From positions 39,482-103,481 of the forward strand of contig JACQFQ010000065.1 in assembly GCA_016199985.1 (NCBI GenBank): a DNA stretch of 64,000 nucleotides, written 5' to 3'. Of the stretch, positions 55,536-64,000 are shown piece by piece. This DNA is from Verrucomicrobiota bacterium. GTDB taxonomy: Bacteria; Verrucomicrobiota; Verrucomicrobiia; Limisphaerales; UBA11320. Within the stretch, counting starts at the first letter, position 1, and each line of letters begins with the position of its first letter. The translations under genes were made by a program, and so were the position numbers. The notes under the pieces are model-generated. The model searched no databases. It was not told where the DNA came from and saw only the letters and a program-made list of their open reading frames with translations.

Positions 55536-56191
55536 TCTCTGTTCCTCTCCCGCGAATGTATGTTTGTTTTTAACGTAACGTTTCTTGAGTTCGGCGAACA
55601 AAAACAGTTTGTCCGCCCCACCAAAACGGTGCATTTGCGCGGTTACATAGGGGAAAACACAAAACCAACGCAATAAGTTTTTTCGTTCTGACGAAGATAA
55701 GTAGGCACTTTTTGCCGCACCAACATCCCCTCGAATCAGAACTTCCATTCGCAGAGCTCCAAAATGGAGCGGTTCCCAGCACCGTAAACCGGTTCCTCAC
55801 TGCGCTGGACCAATCGGTCGGTTCTCCGAGGACATAAGAGGTTTTTTTTATGAGATCACAGCGCCGGCCGAACAGGGCGCCGGGCGATCGAATAGCAGGA
55901 AAGACTTCCTGCAATGTACTGGGGACAGCCCCACTCAACTATGGAATGCGGCGAGGAATGAGGGAGTGCGCAGAGGGCAGGCGGGCGCAAGAACGGGCAG
56001 TCGCATAGGCACGCCCGTCCCTCTGGTGAAGCGATGGCGGGTGGCGCGTTGGAAAGCGGGCACGCGAATCTCGACGAGCGAAACACGCCACTCACCCCAC
56101 GGACGCGAAGGGAGTCCGCGCCCGGTCCGCGCATTTGCGGAAGGAAACACTTTTTCCTCCGTGGAGCGGGTGATAGCGTTGCCGGAGGTTT

Positions 56192-57478
56192 ATGCGCAGT
56201 CGGGCGTTGTTCATTGGATTCGTCGTGCTGAACGCGGCATTCGCGGCCGCGCTGGTTTATTTTGTCATGCGCTCGGGCAGCAGCCCCTCGACCCCGTCGA
56301 TCCCCGGGACGCTGACCGCTTTCCAAACCTCGCCGCCTCCCCCGACCGTCACGGCGCCCCCCTCGACGCAGCCACGATCCAACCCGGTGCCCACGCTCCC
56401 CCCCACCAACGGCGTAGCGCAGAATCCTGCCGGCACGGAGACCCGCCCACCCGCGACGCCGCTGGCCGCCGGGAAGCAATTCGGCTGGAAGGACGTGGAA
56501 TCGAGCAATTACCTCTCTTATCTCAAGAACATCCGCGAGGTGGGCTGTCCCGAGAAGATGGTGAGGCAAATCATCTTCAACGACGGGAACGATCTGTTTA
56601 ACCAGCGCCGGCTCGAAGCCGCGATCACGCACGATTTCAAGTGGTGGCAGCCGGACACCCAATACTCGGCGGGCGGATACAATCCGGAATACCAATCACG
56701 CATGCAGACCCTTGTTCTGGATCGGCGCGAACTGCTGACGCGGCTGCTCGGGGAGAACTGGGAGCAGGAGGACAAGGCGCCTTCCATCGCCACCCACACT
56801 GTGGCGCTTACCGGGCCGGTCCTCGGCGCGCTGCCCCTGGACATCTACATGGGCGTCCAAGAGATCTGCACACGATCCATGTCGCGCCATCAGGACTACA
56901 TGATGGGACGGTTCAACGAAGGCCTCCCCACCAGCCAGGTCGAGCTCGCGCGGCTGCGGGACCAGACGCGGAAGGAGCTGTCGGTGATCCTGGACCGGGA
57001 TCAGCTCGAGGAATTCCTGCTCCGCTTCTCGCACAACGCCAGCAAGCTGCGGCAGGATCTGCGGGGCCTGGGGATCAGCAGCGACGAGTTTAGGCTCATC
57101 TTCCGGGCCACCGACCAGATTGATCACCAGATCCAATTGGAATACGGCGGCGAGGAGGCGCTGAGCCCGAAGCAGCGCGAGCAGATGACGCGGCAGCGCG
57201 AGCAGGCGGTGCAGAACGTCCTGGGCAAGGACCGATACTCCAGGCTCATCCTGAGCCGCGACCCGCTCTACCGGCAGGCGCAGATGATGGTCATGCAATC
57301 CGGCGCCGACGACGCCCTCACCCCTGAGCTCTACGAGATCCTCAGGTCCGCCCAGGCGCGACGCCAGCAAGTCCAGGGGGATCGCCAGATGAGCGCGGAG
57401 GAAAAGCAGAACGCCCTTATCGCCATCAACCAGGAGCAGCTGCAAAAGCAGAGGAAACTGCTCCAGCGAGGCAACTGA
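56192..57478 (+). CDS. Membrane-anchored hypothetical protein (N-terminal TM, Pro/Thr-rich linker, helical C-terminal domain)
   Basis: GGAGG lies 5 nt upstream of the ATG. Anchor FIGFVVLNAAFAAALVYFV, then the linker SPPPPTVTAPPSTQPRSNPVPTLPPT. No recognisable catalytic motif. Confidence 0.6.
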   Translation: MRSRALFIGFVVLNAAFAAALVYFVMRSGSSPSTPSIPGTLTAFQTSPPPPTVTAPPSTQPRSNPVPTLPPTNGVAQNPAGTETRPPATPLAAGKQFGWKDVESSNYLSYLKNIREVGCPEKMVRQIIFNDGNDLFNQRRLEAAITHDFKWWQPDTQYSAGGYNPEYQSRMQTLVLDRRELLTRLLGENWEQEDKAPSIATHTVALTGPVLGALPLDIYMGVQEICTRSMSRHQDYMMGRFNEGLPTSQVELARLRDQTRKELSVILDRDQLEEFLLRFSHNASKLRQDLRGLGISSDEFRLIFRATDQIDHQIQLEYGGEEALSPKQREQMTRQREQAVQNVLGKDRYSRLILSRDPLYRQAQMMVMQSGADDALTPELYEILRSAQARRQQVQGDRQMSAEEKQNALIAINQEQLQKQRKLLQRGN

Positions 57479-57676
57479 GCGACAGCGCATCCACGCAAGC
57501 CGATCCACCAGGCTGGAAAAGCCTCCGCGCTTCCAGACAGCTTGATTTCGAACCGACCCGGCCTAAGCTGCGCGTCAAACTGTCACGGAACCCAGGATGG
57601 CGAGCATGTGGAACAACGGTCAGGAAGTCGCGGATCGGCGGATGGCTCAGGGAAACGGGCCAAGGGGAGGCGCGGC

Positions 57677-58675
57677 ATGATCCGGTCGTTCGCGTTCACG
57701 ACCCAGGGACGACTGCATCTGACGGACGTTGAGACTTTCCTGATGCCCACGCTATTGGCGGACACGAATCTCTTCCTGTGGGTCGACCTCGAAAACCCCA
57801 CGTCGGAAGAGGGCCTGCGCGTTCTGGAGGAAGTCTTCCGTTTTCATCCGCTGTCCGTGGAAGATTGCGTCTCGGTGAGCCCTTCGCCGAAGGTGGAGGA
57901 GTATCAGCCCAAGGAGGACGACCGGTTTCACCCCTATCTCTTCATGGTGATCCACGCGGTGGACTACAGCCGGAAGGACGGGGTGTTCGCGACGAGCGAG
58001 CTGAATTTTTTCCTGGGGAAGAATTTCCTCGTCACGTACCACGCGGCGCCGCTGCGGAGCATCCAAACGACCGAGGAACGCTGCCTCAAGAGCAACGTGC
58101 ACATCGCGCGCGCTCCGGACCGCGTGGCCCACACGCTGCTCGACTCGATCGTGGAGAACTATCGTCCCGCCCTCGACGAGCTCTCGCTGGAGATCTCGGA
58201 GCTGGAGCAGGAGGTGTTGCAGAATCACAGCCAGCGGACGCTGAACCGGATCATCAGCATCAAGAAGGAGGTGCTGCACCTGAAACAGATCATCGGACCT
58301 CAGCGCAAGGTCCTGGCCCGCTTCGCCCGCGGGGAGTTCAAGATGGTGCGGGCGCATCTGGTGCCGTACTACCGCGACGTTTACGACGCGCTCTACCACA
58401 TTGGAGAGATCGCGCAGAACTACACGGACTCCCTCACAGGAATTCTGCAGGTCTACCTGAACATCTCGTCCAACCAGACGGGCGAGGTGGTGAAGCTGCT
58501 GACGTTGATCACGGTCATCACCACGCCGCTCATGCTGATCGGGACGTGGTATGGGATGAACTTCAAGGATATGCCGGAGCTCGGCGCGCCCCACGCCTAC
58601 GCCATCGCGGTTTCCACCATGACCGTCACAACCGTTGCGACGTTCTGGTATTTCAAGCGGCGACGCTGGCTCTGA
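57677..58675 (+). CDS. corA: Magnesium/cobalt transporter CorA
   Basis: ATG 57677 is preceded by AAGGGGAGG. YGMNF (GMN motif) lies between two C-terminal TM helices. The track's 45-aa N-terminal extension was discarded. Confidence 0.9.
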   Translation: MIRSFAFTTQGRLHLTDVETFLMPTLLADTNLFLWVDLENPTSEEGLRVLEEVFRFHPLSVEDCVSVSPSPKVEEYQPKEDDRFHPYLFMVIHAVDYSRKDGVFATSELNFFLGKNFLVTYHAAPLRSIQTTEERCLKSNVHIARAPDRVAHTLLDSIVENYRPALDELSLEISELEQEVLQNHSQRTLNRIISIKKEVLHLKQIIGPQRKVLARFARGEFKMVRAHLVPYYRDVYDALYHIGEIAQNYTDSLTGILQVYLNISSNQTGEVVKLLTLITVITTPLMLIGTWYGMNFKDMPELGAPHAYAIAVSTMTVTTVATFWYFKRRRWL

Positions 58676-58689
58676 TCCCCTTCCCCGCG

Positions 58690-59913
58690 ATGCCACCCAA
58701 CAAGCCCAGTTTTTTTGACAAGATTCTGCCGAAACTCCATCGGCTGGACGACTCAAGCCTCAAGACGGTTGTGGAGCGGCTGGCGGCCGAGCGCAGCTTT
58801 CTCGAAACCCTGTTTCACACCATCGAGGACGGTGTCATGGTGGTGAACGTGAAAGAGCGGATCGTTTTTTTCAACGAGGCGTCCATGCGCATGCTCGGCT
58901 TCGACCGCGAGCAGGCCGAGGACCATTCGATCCGGCGTTTCCTGCCCGACATCGACTGGGATCGGCTCATGCGACTGGACCGCGAAGGGGGCCGACAGGT
59001 GCAGCGCCACGAGATTGAAGTCTCCTACCCGCGTCATCGATTCCTGACGCTGTTTGTATCGCCTCTGGACGGATCCGCCGTCGGCAGCAGCGGATTGGTG
59101 CTGATCCTTCACGACATCACCGAAGCCCGGAAGCAGACGAACGAAGCGATCGAGACCGAGCGCAGCCAGGCGCTCACGCTCCTGGCGGCCAGCGTCGCGC
59201 ATGAAATCGGGAATCCGCTCAACGCCCTCAGCATCCACCTTCAACTCGTGGAACGGGAGATCGCGAAGCTCCAGAAGACGAAAGGACGCTCAAGCGTCAA
59301 GGCGGCGACGCACGGAGGATCCGCGCGGACCCCGGTCGATCGCCTGCAGGAGTACGTGGAGGTGGCCAAGGGGGAGATCCTTCGGCTCGACTACATCGTG
59401 AAGGATTTCCTTCATGCCCTCAGGCCTTCGAAACCCCTTTTGCGAGCAAGCTCCGTCAATGACGTTGTGGGCGAGGCGCTGGGTCTGCTTCGTCCGGAGC
59501 TCGCGAATCGCGGAATTCATGTGCAGGAGCACCTGGGCGAAGGACTGCCCGAAATCCAGCTCGATTCGGGCCAGATCAAGCAGGTGTTGGTGAACCTGAT
59601 CAAGAACGCCATGCAGGCGATGACGAAAGACGGACAGCTGACCCTCCGGACGTCGGCGGCGTCCGAGGGCATCGTGCTCAGCGTCGAGGACACGGGCGGA
59701 GGCATCCCGCCCGAGCAGCTCAACCGGATCTTCGAGCCCTACTACACCACCAAGCAAAAGGGAAGCGGCCTGGGATTGATGATCGTTCAACGCATTATTC
59801 TGGAACATCGGGGGCGCATCGGAGTGGAAAGCCATGTGGGCAAAGGGACGCAGTTCCGCGTCTGGCTTCCCCTGCACGAGCCGCGTCCGCGCCTTCTAGC
59901 CCAAACAACATGA
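58690..59913 (+). CDS. Cytoplasmic PAS-domain sensor histidine kinase (NtrB/AtoS-like)
   Basis: ATG 58690 (MPPNKPSFFDK). PAS: LETLFHTIEDGVMVVN...IVFFNEA. H-box LAASVAHEIGNPLNAL. N/G boxes LVNLIKNAMQAM, DTGGGIP, GSGLGL. The first ~300 aa of track ORF 57778-59913 are an out-of-frame overlap of corA. Confidence 0.88.
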   Translation: MPPNKPSFFDKILPKLHRLDDSSLKTVVERLAAERSFLETLFHTIEDGVMVVNVKERIVFFNEASMRMLGFDREQAEDHSIRRFLPDIDWDRLMRLDREGGRQVQRHEIEVSYPRHRFLTLFVSPLDGSAVGSSGLVLILHDITEARKQTNEAIETERSQALTLLAASVAHEIGNPLNALSIHLQLVEREIAKLQKTKGRSSVKAATHGGSARTPVDRLQEYVEVAKGEILRLDYIVKDFLHALRPSKPLLRASSVNDVVGEALGLLRPELANRGIHVQEHLGEGLPEIQLDSGQIKQVLVNLIKNAMQAMTKDGQLTLRTSAASEGIVLSVEDTGGGIPPEQLNRIFEPYYTTKQKGSGLGLMIVQRIILEHRGRIGVESHVGKGTQFRVWLPLHEPRPRLLAQTT

Positions 59914-61283
59914 GCAAACCAATGCTATTGATCGTGGACGACGAGAAATCCACGCGCGAGGGGCTGAGAACGGCTCTCGAGGACAAATACGACATCTACC
60001 TCGCGGAGGACGCCGCCTCGGCGATGGACCTTTTGGAGCGGGAGCGCTTCGAGGTCATGCTCACGGACTTCCGCCTCCCGAACGAGGACGGGATGAAGCT
60101 CATCCGCCGCGCGAAGTCTCTTTCACGTCCGCCGGTGTGCATCCTGATGACCGCCTACGGATCCGAGGAGCTTGCCGTCGAGGCGATGCGGGACGGGGCC
60201 GACGATTATATCGCGAAGGGACGCTTGCAGATCCCCGAGCTGGAGATGCGGATCGCGCGCGCGCTGCGGCAGCAGGAGCTCGAGAGCGAAAACACGAGCC
60301 TGCGGAAGGCGGTCGACTCCAAGTTCGGCCTCTCGCGCCTGGTGGGGGAGTCCCGGGTGATGAAGGAGCTGCTCGAAACCGTGGAGCAGGTTGCCTCAAG
60401 CAAGACCACGGTCTTGATCCTGGGCGAAAGCGGCACGGGAAAGGAACTCATCGCGAAGGCGATCCACCAGCTCAGCCCCCGGAGCCGCAATCCGTTGGTG
60501 GTGGTCCACTGCGCGGCCCTGCCGCCGGCGCTTCTTGAAAGCGAGCTCTTTGGCCATGAAAAGGGCGCGTTCACCGGCGCGCACGAAAGGCGCGTCGGTC
60601 GTTTTGAACAGGCGCAGGGCGGAACTGTCTTCTTGGATGAAATTGGCGAAATCGACCAGAACATCCAGGTCAAGCTCCTACGCTTCCTGGGGGAACGGAC
60701 GTTTGAGCGGGTGGGATCGAACAAGACCCAGACCGCCGACGTGCGCATTCTCGCCGCCACCAACCGGGATCTCGCGGCGGAGGTCCGGGCCGGACGATTT
60801 CGGGAGGATCTTTTCTACCGGCTCAATGTGGTCCCCATCAAGCTGCCCCCTTTGCGCGAGAGAAAAGAGGATATCCCCTTGATGGCTCCGGTCTTTCTTA
60901 AAGAATTTGCGCGGGAGAACGATAAGCCGGTTGTGGACTTTACTGTGGATGCCATGGAAGCGCTGCTCAAATACTCCTGGCCAGGGAATGTGCGGGAGCT
61001 GCGCGCGGCGATCGAGCGGGCGGTCCTGCTGTGCCGCGGCGACCGCGTTTCGCTCCGGGAATTGCCGGAGTCGATTCGGAACATGGAGCCCCCGGCGACA
61101 TCCGCGTCGCCCGCCGAGGTGGTCGGACAAGGCAGCCTCGCGCTCAAGGACGCGGAGAAGCAGCTCATCATCCGGGCGCTGAAGGAATCCGATGGCAACC
61201 GGACGCTCGCCGCGGAAAAGCTCGGCATGAGCCGGCGAACCCTGCACCGCAAGCTGCACACGTATCAACTCGAGCACCTCTAA
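59910..61283 (+). CDS. Sigma-54-dependent response regulator (NtrC family: REC + AAA+ + Fis HTH)
   Basis: REC: LLIVDDE...MLTDFRLP. AAA+: VLILGESGTGKELIA, GAFTGA, GTVFLDEIGE, RFREDLFYRLNV. HTH: GNRTLAAEKLGMSRRTLHRKL. The ATG overlaps the kinase stop (ATGA). Confidence 0.93.
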   Translation: MSKPMLLIVDDEKSTREGLRTALEDKYDIYLAEDAASAMDLLERERFEVMLTDFRLPNEDGMKLIRRAKSLSRPPVCILMTAYGSEELAVEAMRDGADDYIAKGRLQIPELEMRIARALRQQELESENTSLRKAVDSKFGLSRLVGESRVMKELLETVEQVASSKTTVLILGESGTGKELIAKAIHQLSPRSRNPLVVVHCAALPPALLESELFGHEKGAFTGAHERRVGRFEQAQGGTVFLDEIGEIDQNIQVKLLRFLGERTFERVGSNKTQTADVRILAATNRDLAAEVRAGRFREDLFYRLNVVPIKLPPLRERKEDIPLMAPVFLKEFARENDKPVVDFTVDAMEALLKYSWPGNVRELRAAIERAVLLCRGDRVSLRELPESIRNMEPPATSASPAEVVGQGSLALKDAEKQLIIRALKESDGNRTLAAEKLGMSRRTLHRKLHTYQLEHL

Positions 61284-61300
61284 GGAGAGACCCCCCCCCT

Positions 61301-63115
61301 ATGTCGCAATCCGTCCAGGAGCTGATCCACAATTTCGAGGTCGGCGCAGGAAGAAAGATATTCGCCATTGTGGTGGCCGTGGTGCTGTTGATCGGGCTCG
61401 CCATTTTCTTCGACACGTTTTTCTACCGCAACCTGACCACGCCGGAGGGAATGGAGTCCGCGCAGCTCGCGCGGAATATCGCCGAAGGCAAGGGATACGT
61501 CACCGGCCTGATGAGGCCGTTGGACATCCGTCTTCTCCAAAAAACCGAGAAACCCGCGGACCTTCGCGTCAAGGACGCCACGATTCCCGATCTCCAAAAC
61601 CCGCCCCTCTATCCAGTCATCCTGGCGGGATGGCTGAAGCTCCTGCCCTGGACTTATCGGATCCAAGGCGACGCCAACACTTTCACCCGCTACAACCCCG
61701 ATCTGTGGATCACGGTGCTCCACCAGGTTTTTCTGCTCTGGGCGATCTATCTCATCTACAGTCTGGGGGCCCGACTCTTTGACGCCACCGCGGGTTGCCT
61801 GTGCGCCGCGTTGCTGGCCGGCACATGGCTGTATTGGCAGATGGCTTTCACGGGTCATGGAGGCCTGCTGCTCGTGGTCATTTCCCTCCTGCTGGGGCAT
61901 TGTCTGGCGCGGGCGGAGGAATCGACGGAGGGGGCGACGCCCTCGCCGAAGAAACTGCTGCTCTGGGGAATCCTGGCCGGAGTCTGCGTCGGATTGGGGG
62001 CCCTCACCCGCTACTCCTACATCTGGATGATCGTGCCGGTGTTCCTGTTTTTCTGCTTCCCGCTGAGCGGCCCTCGATTCACGTCCGGCGCGGCCGCGGC
62101 CGTCGCCGTCGCCATCGTGTTCACGCCGTGGATGGCCCGCAACATTCAGGTCTCGGGCTCGCCCTTCGGCTCGGCGGGGCACGCGATCTATCAGGGCACG
62201 GAGACGTTCCCGGAGGACTCCGTGGAGCGGGCTCTCTATCCCAACTTCGAGTCCTTCAACTATCACGAGGTTCGCCGAAAAGCGGTCAACAATGCCCGCG
62301 AAATGCTGCTGCTCGACCTCCCTCGGTGGGGTGGAAACTGGATGGCCATCGTCTCGCTCGTGGGATTGCTCCTGCCTTTCCGCCGTCCGTCCCTGAGCCG
62401 GCTCCGTTGGTTCATCGTCGGATCCGTCGTGGTTCTTTTCATCGCGCAGGCGGGAGGCAAGAGCTACCTGAGCCGGGAAAATCCGGACGTCACCAGCGAA
62501 AACCTCCTGGCGTGGATCGCGCCGCTCGGATTCATTTTCGGCGTCGGCTTCACCATGAGCCTGGTCGACCAGATGGCCTTCTCGCATCCCGGCCAGAAGC
62601 CCCTGCTGCTCGGAGCGATCACCATCCTGTGCTGCTTCCCGATGCTCTTCTCCATCGTGCGGCCCTATCCGTACGTCTCGGCCGTGGTTTACCCGCCGTA
62701 CTTTCCTCCCATCCTTCAGCGGATCGGTCGGATGGACGAGTCAGGCTCAAAAACGCTCTGGGACAAGGAAGTCGTGATGAGCGACGTGCCGGCGGCGGTC
62801 ACCTGGTACTCCCGCTGCGCCTCAATGCCTTTGTCTCTCAACTACAGGGCCGAACCTGCCGAAAAGGTGAAGGACGACTTTTTTGAGCTCAGCGACTATC
62901 GGCGGGAGATCAAGGCGCTCTATCTCACGCAGCGAACGCTGAAGTCGGCGCCCGTGAAAGGCGTCGCGGACGCCGGAAAAGGGACGCGGTCGAAGTGGGA
63001 ACATTTTGTTGGAGCCATGCTGATCCAGCGAAAAGTTCCGGAAGGCTTCCCTCTCCAAGGGTGGGCCGATTTTTACTGGCCTGAGCAGCTGTATTTGGAA
63101 ATGAAAACGAGATGA
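61301..63115 (+). CDS. Polytopic membrane protein, GT-C fold (ArnT/PMT-like glycosyltransferase family 39/83-like), putative
   Basis: ATG 61301 lies 12 nt after AAGGAGAGA. More than 10 hydrophobic spans. First-loop pattern PEGMESAQLARNIAEGKGY resembles the GT-C D/E-x-x-x-A-x-N-x-x-x-G loop. Soluble C-terminal ~110 aa. The family assignment is tentative. Confidence 0.65.
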   Translation: MSQSVQELIHNFEVGAGRKIFAIVVAVVLLIGLAIFFDTFFYRNLTTPEGMESAQLARNIAEGKGYVTGLMRPLDIRLLQKTEKPADLRVKDATIPDLQNPPLYPVILAGWLKLLPWTYRIQGDANTFTRYNPDLWITVLHQVFLLWAIYLIYSLGARLFDATAGCLCAALLAGTWLYWQMAFTGHGGLLLVVISLLLGHCLARAEESTEGATPSPKKLLLWGILAGVCVGLGALTRYSYIWMIVPVFLFFCFPLSGPRFTSGAAAAVAVAIVFTPWMARNIQVSGSPFGSAGHAIYQGTETFPEDSVERALYPNFESFNYHEVRRKAVNNAREMLLLDLPRWGGNWMAIVSLVGLLLPFRRPSLSRLRWFIVGSVVVLFIAQAGGKSYLSRENPDVTSENLLAWIAPLGFIFGVGFTMSLVDQMAFSHPGQKPLLLGAITILCCFPMLFSIVRPYPYVSAVVYPPYFPPILQRIGRMDESGSKTLWDKEVVMSDVPAAVTWYSRCASMPLSLNYRAEPAEKVKDDFFELSDYRREIKALYLTQRTLKSAPVKGVADAGKGTRSKWEHFVGAMLIQRKVPEGFPLQGWADFYWPEQLYLEMKTR

Positions 63116-63133
63116 TCGGCCGCCGCCGGCCGA
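63116..63133 (+). terminator. Weak candidate terminator hairpin
   Basis: 7-bp GC stem TCGGCCG / CGGCCGA with loop CCGC, immediately after the stop codon. The downstream T-tract is poor (AAGTTTTG). Confidence 0.3.
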
Positions 63134-63308
63134 AGTCAGCGCAAGTTTTGAACACAACAGCCCCAAGGGCTTTCTATTTGACACTCTGAGAAACAGTTCG
63201 TTAGAAGCCGTTGGCATCATTCATGATGTGTCTTCCCTCAGGTCGGCAAATTTGGACTGCCAAGAGGATGACAGGCCCACGATGGGCCGCTGGGTGAAGA
63301 AGAAGAAT

Positions 63309-64000
63309 ATGAAGAAAATCATAACGTCCGCAGGATGGCTCGCATTGGGCGTCACAGGGTTGGAAGCCGCTTACGCGCCGGGGCTCACGCCGATCGAATC
63401 AGCGAAGCTCATGACCTATTCGATCACGACGCGCGGGTTCTACGACGACAACATCACCACGATCTCGAAGGCGTTCGGCAAGCCTCAGAACACGTTTGGC
63501 TTCGACATGAGGCCATCGGCGTCGCTGAACCTGACGTCGCTGCCGCAGACGTACATCGGCGCCACCTACACCTACGGCCTGCGCTACTACTTCGACCGCC
63601 TTCCCCACGCCGCCGACCATTCCCACGAATTCAACACCAAGGTCGAGCACGCCTTCAGCGAGCGCTTCAAGCTGAACCTGGAGGAATCCCTGGTCTACGC
63701 GCAGGAGCCCGAGGTCATCGGCGACGCGGGCATCGTCAATCGATCGCCTGCCAGCGCTTTCCGGAACACGGCCGACATCAGCCTCACGGGACAGATTACG
63801 GAGACCTGGGGGGCACGTCTTGCCTACCACAACGCTTGGGTGGCCTACACCGACTCCGGAACCGGGAGCCGCTCCGCGCTGCTGGACCGCATGGAGCACG
63901 AGATACGGATGGAGGGCACCTATCAGCTGAGCCCCAAGCTCGTCGCGCGGTCCGGGTATCGGCTCAGCCTGGTGAACTACAACAGCAGCGACTTCCTCCG
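63309..64000 (+). CDS. Outer-membrane beta-barrel protein (putative), partial; continues past the right window edge
   Basis: Not in the ORF track. ATG 63309 gives MKKIITSAGWLALGVTGLEAAYA signal (an in-frame ATG also exists at 63282). Open to nt 64000. Alternating strand pattern YIGATYTYGLRYYF, RFKLNLEESLVY, ARLAYHNAWVAY, RMEGTYQL, SGYRLSLVNY. The antisense track ORF 63399-63899 is rejected. Confidence 0.6.
   Translation, partial: MKKIITSAGWLALGVTGLEAAYAPGLTPIESAKLMTYSITTRGFYDDNITTISKAFGKPQNTFGFDMRPSASLNLTSLPQTYIGATYTYGLRYYFDRLPHAADHSHEFNTKVEHAFSERFKLNLEESLVYAQEPEVIGDAGIVNRSPASAFRNTADISLTGQITETWGARLAYHNAWVAYTDSGTGSRSALLDRMEHEIRMEGTYQLSPKLVARSGYRLSLVNYNSSDFL

Noticed and set aside
57778-58689. 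N-terminal ~300 aa of track ORF 57778-59913
   Set aside because: This part overlaps corA in another frame and reads as low-complexity Arg/Gly/Pro. The kinase begins at ATG 58690 (MPPNKPSFFDK), just after the corA stop.
61031-61300. N-terminal 90 aa of track ORF 61031-63115
   Set aside because: It overlaps the 3' end of the sigma-54 regulator gene out of frame. ATG 61301, with an upstream AAGGAGAGA, gives a sensible membrane-protein N-terminus.
63212-63228. TGGCAT-N5-ATGAT upstream of the last gene, considered as a sigma-54 (-24/-12) promoter
   Set aside because: The -24 GG is present, but the -12 GC dinucleotide is absent at the required spacing. AGGCACTTTTTGCC at about 55704-55717 has the wrong GG-to-GC spacing (8 nt instead of 10).
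63399-63899. 166-aa minus-strand ORF
   Set aside because: It is antisense to an edge-truncated plus-strand gene that has a clear signal peptide and beta-barrel strand pattern.
1-64000. Search for CRISPR arrays, rRNA/tRNA genes, transposases, integrases, toxin-antitoxin pairs or recognised defence-system genes
   Set aside because: Reading both strands found none. The SNF2 helicase has no neighbouring methylase, PLD or DUF1998-type partners that would suggest DISARM-like or other known defence systems.

Overview
High-GC (about 62-65% by eye) bacterial chromosomal segment. The gene content looks like the PVC superphylum, probably Verrucomicrobiota-like: a PVC-type CxxCH heme-binding megaprotein, DUF1501, secreted ThuA, and beta-helix/Ig-like secreted proteins ending in FFRL/FFRV. 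This taxonomic guess is inference only. I support about 38 protein-coding genes. Housekeeping genes: glnD, pyrG, kdsB, hsp20, alr, pnp, rpsO, folC, corA, a glutathione peroxidase and an SNF2 helicase. Accessory content: (i) At the left edge, the loading end of a hybrid NRPS-PKS line. It is an FkbH-T-C-A-T gene followed 4 nt later by a KS gene that runs off the window and is missing from the ORF track. A Sfp-type PPTase lies 13 kb away. (ii) A 14-kb same-strand run of MlaD, PIN/TRAM, an FAD oxidase, ThuA, a TIM-barrel isomerase, MFS, an SGNH + heme-binding megaprotein and a beta-propeller protein. (iii) A roughly 2-kb low-GC islet carrying a C-terminal J-domain protein and a Sel1-repeat protein. 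(iv) corA, a PAS histidine kinase, a sigma-54 (NtrC-type) regulator, a GT-C-like membrane protein and an outer-membrane barrel. The most unusual object is a single 1149-aa ORF (48446-51895, minus strand). It fuses 2-oxoacid dehydrogenase E1 alpha, E1 beta, a lipoyl domain and a complete FabH-type KAS III, with no E2 catalytic core. I saw no rRNA, tRNA, CRISPR array, transposase or integrase. Many long ORFs in the track are antisense artefacts of high GC and are rejected. All calls rest on reading motifs by eye; no database search was possible.
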